Shown: positions 12,395 through 24,429 of the stretch, piece by piece
How positions within the stretch are numbered: position 1 is the first letter of the stretch
Layout: every line of letters begins with the position of its first letter
Assembly: GCA_964016885.1 (NCBI GenBank)
Contig: OZ024746.1
Location: 65,534,001-65,598,000, forward strand
Length of the DNA: 64,000 nucleotides
From: Eledone cirrhosa
Lineage: Eukaryota
Direction of reading: 5' to 3'
Made by a program: the position numbers and the translations under genes
Notes under the pieces: generated by a model
What the model saw: only the letters and a program-made list of their open reading frames with translations
What the model was told of the DNA's origin: nothing
Database searches by the model: none

Positions 12395-12441
<47 letters not shown>

Positions 12442-12514
12442 TATATATGTAATTATTTATATATATATATATACATATATATATGCATGTAATAGGTGTA
12501 TATATGTGTATCTG

Positions 12515-12808
12515 TGTGGGCGCGCGTGACTGCGTGTGAATGCGAATCTTAAATGACTCGCATTCACACGCAGGCACGCGCACTTGCATTCAATATAGGA
12601 GGTGTAAAACATTACGTACTTCTAATAAAAAGACCAATTAATTAGTTGTACGTGTTTGTTCAACAGCAGTCCATTAATGGAAAGCTAAATGTAAGTAAAA
12701 TATTCCCCAAATTACGTTGTAGGAAAGGTGTATACACCCGTATATATATATATATTATATATATATATATATATATACAAAGTGTTAAAACGATCAAATT
12801 TGTGTTTA

Positions 12809-12902
<94 letters not shown>

Positions 12903-13797
12903 CATATTTATATATTTACATATTTATATAGATATATATATATATAGGTGTATACGCCTTTCCTACAATCCAATTTGGGGAATATTTTACATACATGTAT
13001 ATATATATATATATGGTGGCTGCCAACTCGTTTTCGAGTATGGCCACTACTTTATATCCTTTAAGAGAACGCCTACCGATGCGCTGAACGAGTGACTTTT
13101 TTGTCCAGCTAGCGACTTGAAAACTCTGGTACAAACACTACACTTGTGACAATTATTGACACATCGTGCTGGGCCCATGGTACCATGTGACGACAAGTGC
13201 AGAGAGATCTACAGATATAAAGCAATGCCTGTGCCGTGAAGCTTTTATAGTGAGCAAAGGCACTGCACAAAGCCAGTCCCACTCTCTTAACCAAGATGAT
13301 ATTTACCAAAAAGAAGAACAATTCAACATCATTGGATACCATCAGGGTTGCAGGTGTTATATCAGAGTTTTCCTTCTCTTAGAATTCTGCCTTGACAAAG
13401 GCTAAGGGGTTATCTCTCCCGGTGATTTTGGATGGCCATTGACTCTTAAGAGCTCCTTTGCCCTTTGACAGGTTTTGCTTTTAGTCCTGCAGGATGTCCA
13501 AAGTCACCCTCCTCACCACTGGTGGGGTTGCCAGTTTAGTCGCCAACGACCCGACCATGAGACAGGTTGTACTGGGATACATGTTACCAGTAGCACCAAC
13601 TGGTGACCTGTGGGCGCGCGTGACTGCGTGTGAATGCGAATCTTAAAAGATTCGCATTCACACGCGGTCACGCGCACTTGCAGTCAATATAGGAGGTGTT
13701 AAACATTACGTACTTCTAATAAAAAGACCAATTAATTAGTTGTACGTGTTTGTTCAACAGCAGTCCATTAATGGAAAGCTAAATGTAAGTAAAATAT
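12515..13797. repeat. 189-bp direct repeats (12515-12703, 13609-13797), each containing a ~29-bp-stem hairpin
   Basis: tgtgggcgcgcgtgactgcgtgtgaatgcgaatctt...gtaagtaaaatat is present twice. Hairpin arms in copy 2: 13616-13644 / 13647-13675. Confidence 0.9.
13016..13608 (-). mobile_element. ~590-bp non-coding retroposon-like element ending in (TA)n (copy 1)
   Basis: Reverse complement of 41349-41929. Both copies end ...gagttggcagccacca(TA)n. Confidence 0.8.
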
Positions 13798-13856
13798 ATA
13801 TATATATACATACACACATACACACATTCATACATATACATATATATACACACATT

Positions 13857-13888
<32 letters not shown>

Positions 13889-13924
13889 CATGCATATATA
13901 TATATATATATATATATATAAACA

Positions 13925-14152
13925 CAGTGGAATTGTGGAGGGGGAGGGGCATACTTCCCCCTCCAACAATTATATTTTCTCCCCAAAGTACCAAAACACA
14001 CATATATTTGGATTCGCACTACAATTTATGTACATGTTATGTTTATCGCATATGAAATTTTTCTGACCATTTTAGAGTGCAAAGAGCTAAACTAGTCACT
14101 ACAACTAAATTGTCCACATTTTCCCTATTGAGAAATGCTTCCACCACCCCTG
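13925..14152 (+). mobile_element. MITE-like non-autonomous DNA transposon (copy 1)
   Basis: Aligns with 48215-48443 throughout. Imperfect termini cagtgg... / ...ccacccctg. Confidence 0.65.
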
Positions 14153-14527
14153 TATTATAACTATAGTCTTGTGGGTAAAATCGATGCGTGCTGTGTTTTG
14201 TTTTATGATTTTGTATTGACGTATTCATCTTTTCTCTTATCAGCGTGCATTTAGTAATTGTAGTAATCGAAATGTGTGATTTGTGTAATTTTTTCTGGCG
14301 GTTCTTCAGTTCCATGCATGTGAGTAACTGGTGTCGTTTAATGTTCTAAGGTATAGGCTATTACTAAGGAAATATGAAGAATACGTAATATAAATGATCA
14401 AAGCCTCTGTAACATATATGTGTATGTATGTATGTGTGTAGATATAAATGTCACTGAATATTAATATCTGTGTGTTTTGAATTATATGTGCACATAAACA
14501 TAGGTGTGTGTGTTTATATATATACAT

Positions 14528-14581
<54 letters not shown>

Positions 14582-14588
<7 letters not shown>

Positions 14589-15016
14589 AGTATGTACACG
14601 TACATACATATATGTATACAGACGTACAGTAGTATGTATATATATATATATACATACACGCACACATATATATATATGTACGTATGGATTCACCGAACAT
14701 TTATTATAATGCTCGGTGTGTTAAGTATATACGTTCAACAATCTGGCAGGAAGGTATACGATGCTGACGATAGCTAATAAGCTTGAAACTAGGACAGCGT
14801 TCCTTTGTCAGTGTTGAACAAACGAGCAACGATGGTTGCTTGACACTACTGCTTAATACGGGATGTTTGTTTACAAACACACCGAGCATTATAATAAATG
14901 TTCGGTGAATCCATACGTATATATATATATATGTGCGTATATGTATATATATATATATACAGACTACTGTACGTCTGTGTAGATATATGTATGTACGTGC
15001 GTGTACATACTTATAT
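14582..15016 (+). mobile_element. Mini fold-back element: ~140-bp inverted arms around a hammerhead-like spacer
   Basis: Arms 14582-14722 and 14876-15016 are reverse complements. The spacer holds the HHR motif at 14758-14800. Confidence 0.75.
14734..14818 (+). ncRNA. Type I hammerhead ribozyme (probably inactivated)
   Basis: acgatg-CTGACGA-t-agct-aata-agct-t-GAAAC-tagga-cagcgt. Stem I acgatg/cagcgt is extended by gaagg/cctt and ttcaaca/tgttgaa. The cleavage triplet reads GGA rather than GUH. Confidence 0.65.
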
Positions 15017-15069
15017 TTAAGTAACAGCCGTACTAAGAGTGGGAAATGAAATTTCGTTTCATTTTTTCC

Positions 15070-15125
<56 letters not shown>

Positions 15126-16484
15126 ATATATATAATTACAGGAAAATTATTCTCTCTGCCCTTTTCTAAGGACTTACTATCTCGGCACAGCTTTTCACCC
15201 CTCACATATGGACCTCCTGTCCAATTTTACCACATTTATTTACTCATTTTCTGTCAAATCTCCCAATAATTAAGATTTCTCTTTTCTCTTTACCTTGCGT
15301 CTTAAATGATATTTTAAAATATCGATGAGAACGTCGTCAGAAGGAATTATTTCAACTTCATTATATTACTCTCACCCGTATATATTATATCAGAAATGAC
15401 AAGAGAGGAAAACCACCGTTCTCTCCTTAATTGACTCACTCGGCCAGTAGTATCATCTTCTCATGCAGGAATGTACCAGATTCTTCGAGATCATTCCATA
15501 AATATGAGGACAAGGAAAGAGTGAATGCAGATGTTTTTTTGTAGTTTTGCTCGCATCTAATTCGCTGTGAAGAAGGATAAACTATGAAATTCGACTTTTC
15601 AAGTAGATTTTATTTTCAGTTATATAAAAAAGAAAAATGAATGCAGATACGAAGTTTCGCTAGCTGCTATGTGTCCGTTATCCAAATTGAAATCATGCAG
15701 CTCCTTTTATTCAGTTGATATACGGAACCTGTAAAAGATATTCGAATGTAAATAACTATAAATAAGTTTTCCGGTGTCAATAATTGTACATAATTTTAGA
15801 CGTTGAAGTTATTAATGGGTTCATTGTATAGGAAAAAGCTACAAATATCGCGAAACTCCGGAAGCAAATAAAATAAAGTGAAAGAAAGGAAGTATAATGT
15901 GTCAAATTTGTATAAGATGAAACTGTTGATAATAAAGCTGAATGAATAAGAAAAAGACAACAAATCAAACAAAAAATAACAATGAGAAATGCTGATAGAT
16001 TCAGACTCCATTAATCCTAGATTCTGGTGAATTTCATCAGCTGGAAAAAAGGTAAAGAAATACACTACAAATAATCATGAATTCTTGGTAGAAGGCTTTA
16101 TATGTTACATCTAAAACGTAATATCTTCTGGCACATAATAAGCAATGCTGATATTCTTTTCGTGCCCAATTATGAAGAAGTGGTAAGACTTCAGAGCTTG
16201 AAGTCACTGTATATTTAATCATCACTAAATCTAATCACCTTATATTCTGTTTGAAAACATTACAGTTTGAATATCTCACGAGCGAATTCGCCGAAAAGTA
16301 ACTGGATATCACATTATATCTGTACCATTAATAAGATTTGTTTTTATACAAATGATGTCGTATGTTCTGATCTATAAACTTGAAAACTTTTCCATAGGTG
16401 TAAAAAAATAAAATAAAACTTCATTTAATTTATTCGAGTATACCATAACCAGCAATATACAGGTAAGAATGAAACCCTACCATC

Positions 16485-17160
16485 TTGAGAAAGACTTTCG
16501 AGCCGGTAAATGTAGATTATTTCCAGAAATCCCTCGCTTGGCAATGCTACCGGGGAACACTACCAAATCGAGATAAACTCCGTTGGCACACGGAACTGTC
16601 CGAGATGCGCGCAGAGATAACAAACTTTCTGCACACACTCGTTCAGTGTTCGTGCATTACTGACTTATGGAGTTATGTCGAACAGCTGCTGTCGTGTGTA
16701 GAACGGATTCGCCTATCGGCAGAGTCCACAGTGAAGATCGACCCGCCACCTTCTTTTGGCCAGGAAAGGCAGGCAATGTTCCTCTCTATGGTGGCAGAAG
16801 TAAAAGAGGTTGTATGGTGGACCAGATTGAAAGGACTGAAGACTGAAGACACTTTTTTCTTCGGCTAATCCCACATCAAGTTTTTCAAGTTTCACTCGGA
16901 TAGGTAGGTGAGGGTGGAGAGAGAAGTGCTTCCCCTCAGTACATTTGCTAAAAGGTGAGTGAATGGGGGGGGGGGGGAGAATAGTTTGTGAAAGTGCGCC
17001 TACACTGGCTGGTTATCCCCCATTGAGAAACTCTGCTGTTTATAATTTTCTTGTTTCTTGTTATTGTTTTCATATTTTTGTTATTTGATTTTGGTGTAAA
17101 GCCCCCACTGTCCCTGTCTATTGTCCCCTATATGTCCGCCCTTGTGGCCATTAAATGAAA
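16485..17160 (+). mobile_element. L1/Tx1-type LINE 3' fragment (zf-RVT region and 3' UTR)
   Basis: FQKSLAWQCYRGTLPNRDKL...HTLVQC...DLWSYVEQLL resembles the L1/Tx1 C-terminal zinc-binding region. The 3' UTR (tgtaaagcccccactgtccctgt...) matches 39225-39280. Confidence 0.65.
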
Positions 17161-17489
17161 ACATTATTATTATTATTACTATTATCAGTAGTAGTAGTAC
17201 TAGTAGTAGTAGGAGGAGTGTTTTGTACCCAGGACTTACTTAGGTATTGCAGCTTTGGTTTGTTTGTTTGTTTGTTTGTGTGTGTGTGTGTGAGGTATGT
17301 GTGTGTAGGGTGTGTGTGTGTGTGCCAAAAAAATGTATTTGCTTTCTAGCTTTTTTTCTGGATGTCAGTTTTCTGATTCTGGAAAGGGCCAGACGAAAGC
17401 CATATCTTATCTGGTACCGCTTTCATGATGCGTTAATGGAATGAGCGTATCGGACACACTGATCTGTTGCAAGGATTTTCTGTTTTGTT

Positions 17490-17491
17490 GA

Positions 17492-17539
<48 letters not shown>

Positions 17540-17620
17540 CAGCAGCAGCAGTTGTAGTAGTAGTAGTCGTAATTATCATAGTCGTCCTCGTCGTCGTCGT
17601 AGTAATAGTAGTAGTAGTCT
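17490..17620. repeat. (GTA)n/(GCA)n/(GTC)n compound microsatellite
   Basis: Directly visible. Confidence 0.95.
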
Positions 17621-17821
17621 GTTTCTATTCTTTCATTTCACTGCATACATCTATGTGTCTTGGGACCATATAATGTTTTATTTTGGTCTTATATATAAAT
17701 AATTGTTCTGACAGTACTATATGTAATACATACAGTATCTAGTAATGCTATTTTCTGTATGAAGTATACATATTTTTTAGTTCTATAGTTTGGAAAATAT
17801 ATTTGTCTGCATTTGTTTTTG

Positions 17822-17912
17822 TCTAATGATAAGAGTGTTGGACTTACGATCATAATGTCGTGGGTTTGATTGCTGGTCTGGGACATGTGTTTGAGCAAAA
17901 CACTTCATATCG
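17822..17912 (+). mobile_element. Degenerate second-family tRNA SINE head
   Basis: tRNA-like head followed by tgtgtttgagcaaaacacttcat; similar to 54508-54610. Confidence 0.45.
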
Positions 17913-19189
17913 CCCTTAAATATTCTAGATATAAGCAGATGAACATATTTTTTAATACACTCTTACACAGAGAGACATCGAAGACTATGGATATTTGAAC
18001 ATACAGTGTTCAACGAAACAGAAGTGTCTTTTAGACATTATGATTTTGCGTTTTCTTATTTCTTTACATAAATTCACAATCAGCCTACGCAGAAGGCCTA
18101 CACAATCCATGGCATTGAAAAGAATATTTTACAGATAAGAATATTCATTTTCAAAAGAAAAAAATATAATGACACTTCTATATACGTAATACAAATTTGA
18201 CAAATTTAAACAACACCTTGGGCAAGAGCGACAAGGAGACTTTGTACACCATTCAAAAAGTCTCTCTCACACTCACACCAAAATTATTCTGAAATGGATA
18301 ACATTTGCATAAAAAATGGGACTGTTACCTTATCCTTTGCCAACGTGACAAGCAACACTCAAACGCTAGATATATATTCTTGCAGAATATGAAGCCATGT
18401 GTCAGCATTATGTAAACAAAACAAGTGCTTATCAAAGGAACAATAAAAAAAGCGCGATAAGAATGAAACTGACTTATTTCTGCATTTCTAAATAACAGGG
18501 AGTTTACATACACTCTCAATATTAGATTTGGAGATATCCATAGCCAATACGTGGAATGAGATTTCTTATACCCTGCGATGAACGTTGTATGGAACTATAT
18601 TTCGTGTTTAAACCTGAGGACGGTTGGAAATGCAATAAAATAGTGTAACACCCATCTACACATAAGTTCGTTCCTCTTGTATAAGAGAAATAAATACAAG
18701 CGTCACTAAGCAAGGTATTTCATACGACGTTGAACATTATTAATTATTACATTTGTAGTTATAAGCAGTTTTTGAACGCTGAAGTGAAATTTAGCAATAT
18801 ATAGCCTGGTATGTACTCAATGCGTATATAAGTTTTGTTAGCAACTGAATACCTTCCAACGTTCAAGAGGTGTGATATGTAGCAACTACGCAGAGAAGGG
18901 CGTTAAAACTGTGCTTTAGGAGCATGGGAAGTACGAGTACCTCATACGACTGTAATGATAATAAAACGACCCAAAACAGGCTTGAGTAGTACAAGCAGCA
19001 ACAGTATGTCAGGTTAGATGGAATACTGGGAACACTATCAACATTGATGTTATATTCACTGGAAAACTTACCTTATACTTATTCCCCGAAACAATCAGAA
19101 ATCTAATAATAAGAGAAGTGATAGACCCCATCACCTTAAAGTGTGGTAGACAGACATAAAGTGTAAGTCGGGGATTACCTTCGGTCGAG

Positions 19190-19420
19190 TTAAGTAATTC
19201 GGTAATCAGACGAAAGGAAGTAGGTTTAAACGTCGAACTCGCTATCTTCAATTCAATATTCCTGCTAACCCTTACCAATGGTAATGCATCTTGGGTAATG
19301 ACTGAAATAATACGTTCGAGAATACAAGCGGCCGAAATGGGGTTTCTCCGAAGGATCTTTGGAGCAACATTACGCGATAGAGGGCATAGTTCGGAGATCA
19401 GAGAGTTGCTCTTGGTAGGT
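19190..19420 (+). pseudogene. RTE-clade LINE RT C-terminal fragment
   Basis: Translates SVIRRKEVGLNVELAIFNSIFLLTLTNGNASWVMTEIIRSRIQAAEMGFLRRIFGATLRDRGHSSEIREL, matching the typical RTE LTYG.ESW...IQAAEM.FLRR motif. Confidence 0.8.
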
Positions 19421-19429
19421 TTGTTTATG

Positions 19430-20290
19430 TTTTGTCCCTTTAAACACTCTTCTATTTATTAGGGATTATGTTTTGTTCCTCCACGCACGTTCACATATGT
19501 CTATCAGCCAGCATTCTTAACAGTTTTTATAATAGTGGGATGCAAGATACCGGCCAGTAGTTTGAAACCTAGGACCCTTAGTTTTTATCTTTTATTATCA
19601 AGGTTGTATTTCCCTTAATCATCCAGCGCCTAATATTTCCACCCAAATGACCTGGATTTAATATATTTGCCAGCGCTTGTCTCTGTGTATTGACCTTCTT
19701 CGGCCCGTACTCTTATAAACTATCTAGTCTGCGTGTTTTTTGCAGCCTGCTTTTGCAATTAACTCTGGGTGGATTATTATATCTTCCTGTTGTTTTACGT
19801 ATCTCAGTCCTTTTTCTAATTCTCTCCATTCTGCCTCCTTGCTGTAGCTAATGTTTTTGATCCATGTATTTTGGCAAAACTATTTGCTTCTTTCTGCGGC
19901 CGATAACGCATTGTTGTCGCTCACTATTCTCCGCATTTTCTCAAATAATCTCTTCTCATTATTCTTAAACATCCTATTCTACTTCAACTGATCTATTCTA
20001 CACTCGTATATTTTTATCATAGCTTTCTTTGCTATCACTCTTTCTATCCCTTAATTATAATATTCACTCTTGTCAGTTTCACATTATATTTCTTCTCTAG
20101 TGTTTTGATGAGACCATCTTTTCTTCGAACATTTTTTTACAGACTGTATTTGACTCAATTCATTTCTCAAGATTTTTGTTATTTCCTATTCGACTATTCC
20201 GCAAAGTTACTTCTCAGTCCGTTCTCGGTTCATCTGGCTCGTAATCGAATTCTTTGGCTATTAATTATGTTACTGCATTGCATAGGTTAT
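19430..20290 (-). pseudogene. R4/Dong-type (RLE) non-LTR RT fragment
   Basis: Minus strand gives WMIKGNTTLIIKDKN*GS*VSNYWPVSCIPLL*KLL, compared with the usual W.T.G.T.LI.KD...SNYRPI.CLP..WKLL. Upstream boundary approximate. Confidence 0.7.
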
Positions 20291-20632
20291 TTTCCTATGA
20301 TGATGAAGATGATGATGATTCTTATCATGATGATGATGATTATCATCATCATTGTCATCATCATTACTATTGAAATCAGTTTTGTTTTCACTGCATATCG
20401 TCACTGCATTACTGAACAAAAGGTTGTACGCCTTGGGTATGTGAAGTTTTATTTTTGGTGCTGTTGTTTCTATTGAATTAAAAATACACTTTGCAATATG
20501 TATGCAGTACAATTGTTTTATGTTATTTATATTTATAAATTCTGGGGTTTTCGTCAGCAACTATTTTTATAGGGTCTGTTTCTGTTTTCACTACCCAGTC
20601 ATTTCTAGATCCAGATCTTTATAATAATATAA

Positions 20633-20825
20633 TAATTATTTCTACTTTTGGCACAAGGCCAGCAATTATCCCAGTGCATTATTGGTACTTTATTTCATCG
20701 ACCCCGTAAGGATGAAAGGCAAAGTTAACCTCGGCGAGATTTGAACTCAGACCACAAAGGGCCGTAACTCTTTGCTGCAAAGCATGGCGTCCTACCCTCT
20801 ACCGATACTGCCAATCCACCGCCCT
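20633..20825 (-). mobile_element. tRNA-derived SINE, full length
   Basis: Minus strand has an A-box-like tggcagtatcgg, a B box gagttcaaatc, central ctttgcctttcatccttacggggtcgat and an (ATT)n tail. Confidence 0.85.
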
Positions 20826-20834
20826 TTATAATAA

Positions 20835-21022
20835 TATAATAATGAAATTATTATGTGTAGTGCTCAGGTGCACTACAGCTCATCAAAGGTGCATGTATAG
20901 TACATAGAATAATATACAAATGTCAAGGAAGTGAATAGTGTGAGTCATGATATACCTGTGTGCGTGTGTATGGCTGGGGGAATATTAGGTGTAGTATTGG
21001 CGAATCTCAGGAAGCATGGAGG
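20835..21022 (-). mobile_element. CR1/L2-type LINE 3' end fragment
   Basis: Reverse complement of the 3' UTR (cctccatgcttcctgag...tagtgcacctgagcact...aataatttcattatt). Confidence 0.85.
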
Positions 21023-21029
21023 TAATGTT

Positions 21030-23060
21030 TCCATTCCCTTAATATATTTACTTTTGTCTATGGGGATTGATACATCAATTAAAAGACACTTTGTTGTGAT
21101 CTTCAGCTACAATATCAGATTAGTTGGCTTTGATCTCATTAACTATGAGTTTGTCATGTTCTAGAGTATGGTTGCTTTCTCAATATCTGAGACCTTTTCT
21201 GGTTGTGTCTGTACCATCGTTTTTTTTCTGTTGTGATTTCTTAATGTTGTCTAATTTCCGGTCTATAGAAGTCTCCCGATTTGATCATGTCTAGGAGGTA
21301 CATTATTGATTGTGTATGTGCGTGTGTGTGGGGGTGGGGTGGGGTGGGGGGTGGGTGGGTTGGGGTGGGGGGTAAGACTGGGCAGAGACAACATGGTTAC
21401 ATTATTTCCTCATATTTTCTGCAGTTACTGTGTTCAGTTCATTTTGTACTTTTATTGATTTCTGATGAGCAGGATTTAATATTAGAAACCCTTCCGTCTC
21501 AGCTTTTAGCCCAGGACTTCTTAGCCACTTTCCGGATTTTTGTTTATTCACCTATTCGCTATTCATCTTAGTTGGATTTTAAGCAATGTAGAAGTATGCT
21601 TGACATCTTTTGTGCATGGCATTCTGTAGATCTGTTATTCAATTTAGATTTTATGTCTTTCTCAATTTCTGCTGTTTTCGTTTTCTTCGTTTTTATCTTT
21701 CAATTCAGCTTCTGTTAAGAACTTGGCTACTTTGGCTACCTTGAAGATTAAAAATGCTTTTATTTTGTTCATGTTTCTTGGTTATTTGTATTACCTTTAT
21801 GTTCTTCATTAGATATTTAATTATTCCTACGCTAGTTATTTTAAAATAATTCTCTAATTGCAAAAGGCTACTTCCAGCCACTCTAGTCATGGTACTATAA
21901 CATTTCAGAATCTGATTTCCAATGGTACATTCTCAATGTAACAATATGTGTTGTTCTTCAGCCTAGTACAGAATAACAAACCAGTAGGTTATTATTGAAA
22001 TTGCTAGAATATTGCTGCGTAATAGTTTATTTTTTCATGCATAATTATTTTGCTAATCAATATAGTATCTGAACCAGTGTTTCAAGTTGACTCTCGTTTG
22101 TAGCGCACAGCTTCAAATCATGAGTATATTGAAGATGATTACGTTTCTTATCATAATATTTATATCCAAGTATGGTCTTATTGAGTAGCTCAGCTAACGT
22201 TATCAGTGCTTAAAAGGGATATTGGGATAGATAGTCCTCTGGAAATCAATCTCTGTTAATTGGGATTGGCTCAGGTTTGATACGTCGATCTTTCGTCTGT
22301 GTCTGGGGAACTCTTTGCCATTTACGGCATGGAATGGTGGATGAATATTTTTTTAATTTTTGGCGTTAATTGTTCCTGGAAATGTATTCAGCAGCAACGT
22401 ACGGAGGGACACTGTCAAACGTCTTCAGGTAATCAATTCATACTATGCTGAGACTGTCTTTATTTTTCTGTACTTTTCTGTTATAGTTTTCTTAGTTGGT
22501 AATTGGGCTTTACAGCGATATGTCTCTTTGATTCATTCTTTCTGCTCTTCTGGATACAGGTTGCCTTTTTAAGCTACTTCATCAGTTTCTCAGTTATTAT
22601 TACAGTTAAATCTTGTAGGTTGTAGGAATGCATGCAGGATTTTACTTTTGTTGTGCCATTGTTTTGTTGGATTAAGGTAGATTTCCTCTTAGTGAGGCAG
22701 TTTGGTGCTATTCCTTGCTTCGTCAGCATCTAATTAAATTTGTCTATAAGTACACTATGGAACCCTGCTAAACATTCCAATAAGAAAGTTGACATTTCTT
22801 CATGTACCAGCGCCTACTACTTATTAAAATGAGATACTTCCCCTGTTGTGATGTCTTCCCACAGAAATTCAAGTGCTTTGTTTGTTGTTCTAGCTAGTCC
22901 TGTTTGTGGTGACTACTTTTCAGTTATAGGTTTAGCTGTGTTGTGCTGAATCCCTTTTTGGTTGTCAGTATTCTCTATGTTTTTCAGATTTGGGGTTTGT
23001 TGCATTGTTGTTGTTGAGACATAGACATTCGTTATTGCTGCAACATCTGTAGAGATACCT
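21030..23060 (-). pseudogene. Decayed R4/Dong-type non-LTR element (RT to RLE endonuclease)
   Basis: Minus-strand remnants: GIFQGDSLSP-like (~22215-22245), RHDQIGR...WYRH (~21200-21300), EIKAN.SDIV...LLIDVSIP (PD-D/ExK RLE, ~21060-21145). Confidence 0.65.
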
Positions 23061-24429
23061 GAACTGCTGGGAAGTGTTATCACATGAAAAAAACAGTCAC
23101 AGGCTAGGCGAAACCCATGTCTGTCATATAGAATGTTATAAAGGGTTCATCGGCTTCTATCAGTCAGCAGTGCAACATATAGACTCCTATGCTACCCTTC
23201 ATTACATCATTAATGTTATGGAAGAGTGACCTAGGTCCTGAGAAAAATCTGGCGTTTGACAAGATCAACTAGCTTCTTAGATCAGCTGGGCTTTCAGTGC
23301 CGTAAATATGAATAACTTCCAGACAACCTTGATCCTGTAGTGTTATTGGATTATTGAAGTTTCAAATTAAATTATATTAACATGGATATGCCATCGTCTG
23401 AGACTTCCTGCGATGAACGCACGGCAGTGGAGCCCTTCTACGGGCAAACTTTCAGCGTCCAGCATTTTCATGTAAAATTTTGTGGAACCGCTGTTGTAGC
23501 GTGTTCAACCTATTCTGTAATTAGTAAAACTCACTTCTTCCTTTTGACCGGTGACGACGAAAGGTTTTCTTCTGATTGATAACTGTGACTGATAACTATA
23601 ACTATGACTGATGAATTTTGGTTGGCTCGAATGGCATGACTGAAGAGAAAGAATATCCTTTTTACCTAGTTAGCATCGACCATTTATTGTTCGACTTGAA
23701 GTGTGTGAAGATGGAGAGAGAATATTGCACTGCACGCCAGTAAACTAGTTAAAAGCTGGGTGAAAGAGATTATTTTCTGCATGCACATATAGCCCGAGAA
23801 TTATATTGCTGCAAAATGGCATAATAAAACTGAAATGTTCCTCGAAGGATCATATATGACTTTCATCTTCTGTTGATTATAAGACTTAATCATACATATG
23901 TCTACTCTGTATGCTGTTACTTTTACTTCTTTCAATATTTATAGACAGTTCCTATCGTTTGTGGACTGACCCTGTAATATTGGCTCGTCTGTCACTATTT
24001 TGGTTATAATTAACAAAGTATTATCAATACTATCCTTGATAATATTGCTATTATTATTGTAGATTTTTCTGTTATTGCTTTTGGTTTTTGTTGCCATGGA
24101 AGTTAATGAGATACGTGTTATTTGTATTAGCACTACGACAAGCAATTAATGATACGTTATCATTATTGTGGACGGCAAAACCAGTTGTACAACTCTTGAT
24201 ATATCTAGAATTGTTTCTAAATTTTAAAAGAATATAAATGAATACAATAATAAATGAAATCATATTAAACGAGCGATGGAAATGACTAATTAAGATTATA
24301 TTAAAGGGCTGCAGGGTACATAGATGTTATTAAGGAACAAGATAAGTGATATATATGAAATATAGATTTACGAATAAAAAATAAAACAGGCAACACAAGT
24401 ACACGTATGCGAGCACACACATAATTAAC

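Larger units (their letters stand above)
6761..12397 (+). mobile_element. Penelope-like element (EN+ PLE) with inverted duplication of its 3' ~1.69 kb
   Basis: The plus-strand copy 8568-12397 carries PLE RT and GIY-YIG motifs. 6761-8450 is the reverse complement of 10717-12397. The right end abuts (TA)n, and the left end lies ~60 bp from (CA)n(TA)n. Confidence 0.93.

Noticed and set aside
6761-12397. DNA transposon or DIRS element with long terminal inverted repeats
   Set aside because: The arms are coding RT/GIY-YIG sequence of a PLE. No transposase, tyrosine recombinase or TSD was found.
13109-13405. 77-80 aa ORFs conserved between two repeat copies (also 41536-41841)
   Set aside because: Non-ATG or short ORFs with no recognisable motif. 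Conservation is explained by recent copy identity.
13515-13608. HDV-like ribozyme at the 5' end of the 590-bp element (ggtcacca...tggcgact)
   Set aside because: A P1-like pairing exists, but I could not place P3/L3/P1.1 and J4/2 in the required order.
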